Below are positions 55,436 through 61,191 of a DNA stretch of 61,191 nt, one piece after another. Each line of letters opens with the position of its first letter. Position 1 is the stretch's first letter. The notes under the pieces were generated by a model. The model saw nothing but the letters and a program-made list of their open reading frames with translations, made no database searches and was not told where the DNA came from. The position numbers and the translations under genes are program-made. This stretch comes from Bacillota bacterium. GTDB lineage: Bacteria > Bacillota > Sulfobacillia > JACIYH01. Location: contig JACIYH010000005.1 of assembly GCA_014360055.1 (NCBI GenBank), forward strand, positions 1-61,191, given 5' to 3'.

Positions 55436-57234
55436 GGGAAGGCCTGGATTCCGCCTTTTTAGACCAGGTGCGTGCCCGGTCCGACATAGTGGAGGTGCTG
55501 GGTCAGTACCTGGACCTCAAGAAGGCCGGCAAGAATTACGTGGGGCTCTGCCCCTTCCACCCCGACCGCCGGCCTTCCCTCAGCGTGTCCCCCGACCGCC
55601 AGATGTTCTACTGTTTTGCCTGCGGGGCGGGCGGGGACGTCTTCACGTTTGTGATGAAGCGCGAGGGGCTACCCTTCGTGGAGGCGGTACGGCTGCTGGC
55701 CAGGCGGGCGGGTGTTCCCTGGCCCGAACGCCGCCTCACCCCTGCCGAAGAAGCCCGCAGCCGACACCGCCGCCGGCTCCTGGAAGCCCTGGACCTGGCA
55801 GCGAAAGCGTTTGCCGGCTGGCTGGCCGGTCCGGGGGGCGAGCCGGCCCGGGCTTACCTGTCCCGCCGGGGTGTGAGCGAGGAGACGGCCCGGCGCTTCG
55901 GGCTGGGCTACGCACCGCCGGGCTGGCACAGCCTGAGCCGGCTTCTGGCGGGACGGGGTTTCACGGAGGGGGAACTGGTGGATGCCGGGCTGGTGGTCCC
56001 CCGCGAGGGGGGCGGGGTGTATGACCGCTTCCGTAACCGCCTCATGTTCCCCATCTGGGACCTCCACGGTCAGGTGATCGCTTTCGGGGGCCGGGCCCTG
56101 GATGAGAGCCAGCCCAAGTACCTCAACTCGCCCGAGAGCCCGGTGTTCCAAAAGGGCAGCACCTGGTACGCCCTCCACCTCGCCCGGGAGGCCATCCGGC
56201 GCGAGCAGAGGGCGGTCGTCGTGGAGGGGTACATGGATGTCATCGCCGCCCATCAGGCCGGGTTTGCATCCGTGGTGGCCTCCATGGGCACCGCCTTCAC
56301 CCGCGAGCAGGCACGGGTCCTGCAGGGCTACTGCTCAGCTGTCACCATATGTTACGACGCCGATGTGGCCGGCCAGAGCGCCACCTGGCGCAGCCTGGAG
56401 ATCCTGCGGGATCTGGGACTGCGGGTTTACGTCGCCTCCCTGCCCGCCGGGGACGATCCCGACTCCCTGCTGCGCCGGGAGGGGCGGGACGCCCTCGCCC
56501 GGGTGCTGGAGGGGGCCCTTCCCCTCGTGGAGTACCGGCTGGAACTGGCCGCCCGGACCGCCTCCACGGTAGAAGGAAAATTGCAGGCGGTAGCGAACAT
56601 CATTCCGTTGCTGGCCGATCTCTCCAGTCCCGTCGAACGGGAGGCTTACGTGCGCGAGGCGGCCCGGCGCCTGGGGACGTCAGAAGAGGCACTGTGGCAG
56701 GAATTGCGGGAGTACCGGCGCCGGCGCCGCGGGCATAAAAGCCAGGGGCCGAGGGAAAGAATAGCAGAAATGAACGAGGCTGGAAGCACCCCGGCCCTGG
56801 CCAGGGCGGAGGAGATGCTGGTAAGGCTCATGCTCGAGGATCCGCAGCGGGTGGAGAGGGTGCGGGCCCGGGTGGGTGCGGAAGACTTCCGGCATCCCGT
56901 GTGGCGGGAACTGGCGGCGGGGATCATGGAGTCGGTGGTGGCTGGCGGGGCGGTGGTGGACGGGGCGCGGCTGGCAGCCGCGCTGGAGAGCGAGCAGGCG
57001 GTGAGTGCCCTCGCCCGCCTCCAGGTAGAGGAACTGGCCTGCCCCGATCCCGAAAGGGCCCTGGAAGACTGCCTGGGGTTGCTGGAAGGGGAACGCCGGC
57101 GCCAGCGCCTGGCCGAACTGGCCACGTCGATCAGGGAGTGCGAGAGTAGAAAGGAGCCGGTCCCCGCGCATATCCTGGACGAATACCAGGAACTCGTCAA
57201 GATGGTGCATCGCCGCAGGCGACCGGCAGGATGA
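55432..57234 (+). CDS. dnaG: DNA primase
   Basis: CPFH..CFAC zinc finger, [34 protein letters not shown]. Confidence 0.96.
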   Translation: MREGLDSAFLDQVRARSDIVEVLGQYLDLKKAGKNYVGLCPFHPDRRPSLSVSPDRQMFYCFACGAGGDVFTFVMKREGLPFVEAVRLLARRAGVPWPERRLTPAEEARSRHRRRLLEALDLAAKAFAGWLAGPGGEPARAYLSRRGVSEETARRFGLGYAPPGWHSLSRLLAGRGFTEGELVDAGLVVPREGGGVYDRFRNRLMFPIWDLHGQVIAFGGRALDESQPKYLNSPESPVFQKGSTWYALHLAREAIRREQRAVVVEGYMDVIAAHQAGFASVVASMGTAFTREQARVLQGYCSAVTICYDADVAGQSATWRSLEILRDLGLRVYVASLPAGDDPDSLLRREGRDALARVLEGALPLVEYRLELAARTASTVEGKLQAVANIIPLLADLSSPVEREAYVREAARRLGTSEEALWQELREYRRRRRGHKSQGPRERIAEMNEAGSTPALARAEEMLVRLMLEDPQRVERVRARVGAEDFRHPVWRELAAGIMESVVAGGAVVDGARLAAALESEQAVSALARLQVEELACPDPERALEDCLGLLEGERRRQRLAELATSIRECESRKEPVPAHILDEYQELVKMVHRRRRPAG

Positions 57235-57299
57235 AACCCGCCCCGGCCTCCGGCGCCGGGGGCGGCAGGATGAGGCCCGCCCCCGGCCTCTGGGGCGGC
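57224..57299 (+). repeat. Imperfect 39-bp tandem duplication at the dnaG 3' end
   Basis: CGGCAGGATGAAACCCGCCCCGGCCTC at 57224 versus CGGCAGGATGAGGCCCGCCCCCGGCCTC at 57263. Confidence 0.7.
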
Positions 57300-57343
57300 G
57301 AGCGCTGCAGAAAGCGGCTGGGCCAGGAAGGAGGGATGACGGG

Positions 57344-58429
<1,086 letters not shown>

Positions 58430-58552
58430 CGTCTCCCCGGCAGCCTGCCCCGCGGGCGTCCCGCACTGCCGCGACCGCGCACCCCTGCGCGGAGGGGCGC
58501 GGGCGTCGTTTGGCGGGTCGGCCAGGGTGCGGGCGCGGTGGGCCGATGCGAG

Positions 58553-59065
58553 CTAGGCCTGGTCGGCCAGCGTGAACTCCCAGGCGCACCAGAACTCGGG
58601 CGGGTGGGGGTCGGGCGGGCAGGCCACGCACCGGGTGCGGATGCGGGGGTCGATGGTGCGCGCGAACTCCGAGTATTCCAGAATGCCCACGGACTTGCAG
58701 GGGAAGTCGGGCAGCCCCTGGCGCTGGCGTGCTGCCTGCACCCGGCAGGTGCGCATGCGGAAGACCACCCGCGTGTCGCTCTGCTCGATGACGTCCTGCT
58801 CGTTGATATACGCGTAGAGCCTCTCACCCAGGGCCCGCACCAGGGCGGGGATGCCGCCCCCCGGTTCCATGCCCAGGCGGCGCATGATGCGCTGGGCTTC
58901 CAGCACCGTAAAGCGGGCCATGGCCCTCTCGTCAAGCCGGATGGCCGCCTCCAGCCCGAACTCCTCTTCCACCGCCCGGAACCAGAGGCCGTCATGCGCC
59001 AGCCAGAGCTTGGCGGCGTCCACCAGCTTCTCCCTGGGTTCCACCAGGTCCTCCTTGCCGTCCAT
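58553..59065 (-). CDS. DUF6125-like Cys-containing small protein
   Basis: WLAHDGLWF.AVE..FG, CRVQAAR..GLPDFPCK, CVACPPD, WCAWEF. Confidence 0.7.
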   Translation of the reverse strand: MDGKEDLVEPREKLVDAAKLWLAHDGLWFRAVEEEFGLEAAIRLDERAMARFTVLEAQRIMRRLGMEPGGGIPALVRALGERLYAYINEQDVIEQSDTRVVFRMRTCRVQAARQRQGLPDFPCKSVGILEYSEFARTIDPRIRTRCVACPPDPHPPEFWCAWEFTLADQA

Positions 59066-59201
59066 CGACCTACCCCCTCCCCATACGTGCTTGTGGCCCG
59101 GGCGGGGCGGCGGGCAGGACCCGGCCGGGTTTCCGCCTCTGTCTTCTCGGCGGGGCAGGATTTTCCTCCCGTCCGCCCGGCGCGTGTGAAAGCGCAGCGA
59201 A

Positions 59202-59229
59202 GCAGGAAATAGGGGGCGCGCTGTAGAAT
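59202..59229 (+). promoter_or_regulatory. Putative sigmaH-type promoter
   Basis: GCAGGAAAT...GTAGAAT (AGGA-N18-GAAT). Confidence 0.5.
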
Positions 59230-59234
59230 ACTTG

Positions 59235-59261
59235 GTAGCACGGAAGTACAAGTCGTGCTAC
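59235..59261. promoter_or_regulatory. Palindromic operator, NikR-like
   Basis: GTAGCAC-N13-GTGCTAC between the -10 element and the RBS of the ECF S gene. Confidence 0.6.
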
Positions 59262-59265
59262 GGGG

Positions 59266-59820
59266 GTGGAACCGTTGAGCGTGCGAAACCTGACCCGGGG
59301 GGCCCTGTTCGTGGCTTTGGGCATCCTCCTGCCCATCGCCTTTCACGCGGTGGGGATGGGCAAGGTGTTCCTGCCCATGCACATCCCGGTGCTGCTCGGG
59401 GGCTTCTTCTGCGGACCCCTGGTGGCCATGCTGGTGGGGATGATCACGCCCCTGCTCAGCGCCGTGCTCACGGGGATGCCCCCTCTCATGCCCCCGGTGG
59501 CCCAGGGCATGGTGTTCGAACTGGGGGTTTACGGACTCCTCACCGGTTTACTGTACGAAAGGCTGCGCCTGGGGGTGTACCCGTCCCTGCTCGTGGCCAT
59601 GGCGGCGGGCAGACTGGTGTACGGCTTTCTTGGCTACCTGGTCCTGCCCCTTTTCGGGCTCAAGCAGGTTCCCCTGCTCGCCCCCCTCATGCTCGCCGTG
59701 GGCGAGTCGCTACCCGGGGTGGTCCTGCAGCTGGTGTTCATCCCCCTGGTGGTGGGCGCGATAGAGCGGAACGCGGCCGTGCTCTTCTTGCGCAAGCGGA
59801 CGGTGGCTTCGCGGCCGTGA
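59266..59820 (+). CDS. ECF transporter substrate-specific S component
   Basis: About six TM segments; ALFVALGILLP, FLPMHIPVLLGG, PLLSAVLTGMPP; alternative start TTG at 59275. Confidence 0.85.
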   Translation: MEPLSVRNLTRGALFVALGILLPIAFHAVGMGKVFLPMHIPVLLGGFFCGPLVAMLVGMITPLLSAVLTGMPPLMPPVAQGMVFELGVYGLLTGLLYERLRLGVYPSLLVAMAAGRLVYGFLGYLVLPLFGLKQVPLLAPLMLAVGESLPGVVLQLVFIPLVVGAIERNAAVLFLRKRTVASRP

Positions 59821-60464
59821 GGGAGGGAGCCTACGGTCCCCTGCGGGAGTTTTTCGACCGGGCAGCGGTCGATTGGGATGAGCGCGTCACGGTTAAACCG
59901 GACTTCCTGGCGCGGGTGGTGGAGGTGGCCTGCCTGCGGCCGGGTGACAGCGCGCTCGATGTGGGTTGCGGCACCGGGGTGCTCCTGCCCCATTTGCTGG
60001 ACCGGGTGGGGGAAAAGGGGCGGGTCTATGCCCTGGACATTTCTCCCCTCATGCTGGAGCGCGCCCGCGCCCGTTGTCCGCGGGCCGTGTGCCTGTGTGC
60101 GCCGGCGGAGGCCATCCCGCTCCCGGCTGGCTCCTGCCGGGCGGTGGTGTGCTATTCGGCCTTTCCCCACTTCCCCGATCAGGGGCAGGCCCTGGCGGAG
60201 ATGGCTCGCGTGCTCGCGCCGGGCGGCCGGGTGGTGGTGGCCCACGCGGAAAGCCGGCAGGCCATCAACGACCTGCACCGCCGGCTGGGAGGGCCGGTGG
60301 CCCATCACCTCCTCCCGGACGAAGCGACCATGGGGCGATTGGTGGCACGCGCGGGCCTGCGCGTGATAAGCTTCAGCGACGGGCCGGGGGGCTACCTCCT
60401 GGTGGCAGGCCACCGCGAAGGCGGCTGGACGGCCACCGCCAGTCGGGGGGCCACCCGCGGGTAG
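59817..60464 (+). CDS. Class I SAM-dependent methyltransferase
   Basis: FFDRAAVDWD, LDVGCGTG, LDISPLML, AFPHF, RVLAPGG; GTGA overlap with the ECF S gene. Confidence 0.85.
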   Translation: MREGAYGPLREFFDRAAVDWDERVTVKPDFLARVVEVACLRPGDSALDVGCGTGVLLPHLLDRVGEKGRVYALDISPLMLERARARCPRAVCLCAPAEAIPLPAGSCRAVVCYSAFPHFPDQGQALAEMARVLAPGGRVVVAHAESRQAINDLHRRLGGPVAHHLLPDEATMGRLVARAGLRVISFSDGPGGYLLVAGHREGGWTATASRGATRG

Positions 60465-60575
60465 CGCGCCGCCGCGCAGGCGACTGGACGGCCAACCGCG
60501 GGGGCGGGGTGTGGACCTGCCCGCCTGCCGCTTGCGCCACCTCCCGCGAGGTATAATGCTGGGGGGTGGACGAGC

Positions 60576-60860
60576 TTGGGAGAAAAGGGCGATCTCGTGC
60601 GGGCGCATGTGTACATATCCGGGCATGTGCAGGGGGTCTTCTTCCGGGCCACCACGCGGGAGCAGGCTGACCGGTTGGGAGTGGCGGGCTGGGTTCGCAA
60701 CCTGCCCGACGGCAGGGTGGAGGCCGTGCTGGAAGGCCCCCGCCCGGCCGTGCACGCGTGCCTCCAGTGGTGCCATCACGGCCCCCCGGGAGCCCGCGTG
60801 ACGGGCGTCGAGGTAGAGTGGGAGGCACCTCGCGGGGAGCGGGCCTTCCGCGTGCGCTGA
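60576..60860 (+). CDS. acyP: Acylphosphatase
   Basis: [32 protein letters not shown]. Confidence 0.93.
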   Translation: MGEKGDLVRAHVYISGHVQGVFFRATTREQADRLGVAGWVRNLPDGRVEAVLEGPRPAVHACLQWCHHGPPGARVTGVEVEWEAPRGERAFRVR

Positions 60861-60932
60861 TCTCGGCCCCTGGCACTGGCGGGGACGTCGCCAGGTCCTG
60901 GCTACCTCGGAATAAACGGCAGTCGGCAGGTC

Positions 60933-60982
60933 TTGACGCGATCTGCCACATGGTTTACCATTGTTGTGCACAGTAGTGTGCA
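60933..60982 (+). promoter_or_regulatory. sigmaA promoter with downstream palindromic operator
   Basis: TTGACG-N17-TACCAT followed by GTGCACA-GTAG-TGTGCAC. Confidence 0.55.
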
Positions 60983-61105
60983 CGTGCGTGACGGGCGCCG
61001 GTAGCCTGCCCGGAAGTTTTGCGCTGGGTGGCAGGACGGGCGGCAGAGCCGGCCGGGGTTCTCCTGTTTCGGGGGGCGGGTTCGTTGACGGGTGGAGATG
61101 GGGTT

Positions 61106-61191
61106 TTGCGGGTGGTGTCGATTTCCCTGGGCTCCAGCGCCCGGGACCATGTGGCACGGGCGGAGCTCCTGGGGCGGAAGGTACTGGTGGA
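61106..61191 (+). CDS. Partial CDS of a conserved Bacillota protein (often auto-annotated 'quinate 5-dehydrogenase'), 3' truncated by window edge
   Basis: TTG start, MRVVSISLGSSARDHVARAELLGRKVLV. Confidence 0.55.
   Translation, partial: MRVVSISLGSSARDHVARAELLGRKVLV

Noticed and set aside
58430-58552. tRNA or ncRNA after sigA
   Set aside because: Only GC-rich hairpin-like sequence between convergent genes; no cloverleaf or T-loop motif was found.
59232-59816. 410-aa methyltransferase ORF
   Set aside because: The upstream part overlaps the ECF S gene out of frame; methyltransferase motifs begin after GTG 59817.
60964-60982. Possible Rex operator
   Set aside because: Only the left half (TTGTGCA) fits TTGTGAA-N4-TTCACAA; the right half does not.

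Overview
High-GC (roughly 68-70% by eye) Bacillota chromosome segment, probably from an anaerobic, spore-forming and possibly thermophilic lineage (yqfC/yqfD, SAM-I riboswitch, HrcA/CIRCE, ttuA). From left to right: (1) a 13.5-kb amino-acid/imino-acid/opine catabolic cluster: split Fe-S flavoprotein dehydrogenase with two DAO-type subunits, LIV-type ABC transporter, ornithine cyclodeaminase-like, opine dehydrogenase-like and amidohydrolase genes; (2) ttuA, a repeat-rich spacer, an acuB-like gene, an orphan MNT with a truncated HEPN stub, DUF362 and a DedA-like gene; (3) a SAM-I-controlled archaeal-type homocysteine/sulfide-assimilation pair (DUF39-ferredoxin fusion plus UPF0280); (4) a CIRCE/HrcA heat-shock operon with an archaeal-like (group III) chaperonin, in which grpE, dnaK and prmA are absent and a 108-aa stand-alone DnaK subdomain-IIB-like ORF sits in their place before dnaJ-rsmE-mtaB; (5) the conserved rpsU-yqfCD-phoH-pgpH-ybeY-era-recO...glyQS-ppdK-dgt-dnaG-sigA backbone with several inserted genes; (6) an ECF S-component/methyltransferase unit behind a NikR-like palindrome, acyP and a partial CDS. 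No rRNA, tRNA, CRISPR array or intact mobile element was seen. The best candidate for a novel system is the group III chaperonin + mini-DnaK(IIB) + DnaJ operon lacking Hsp70/GrpE. All family assignments come from motif recognition by eye, not from database searches.
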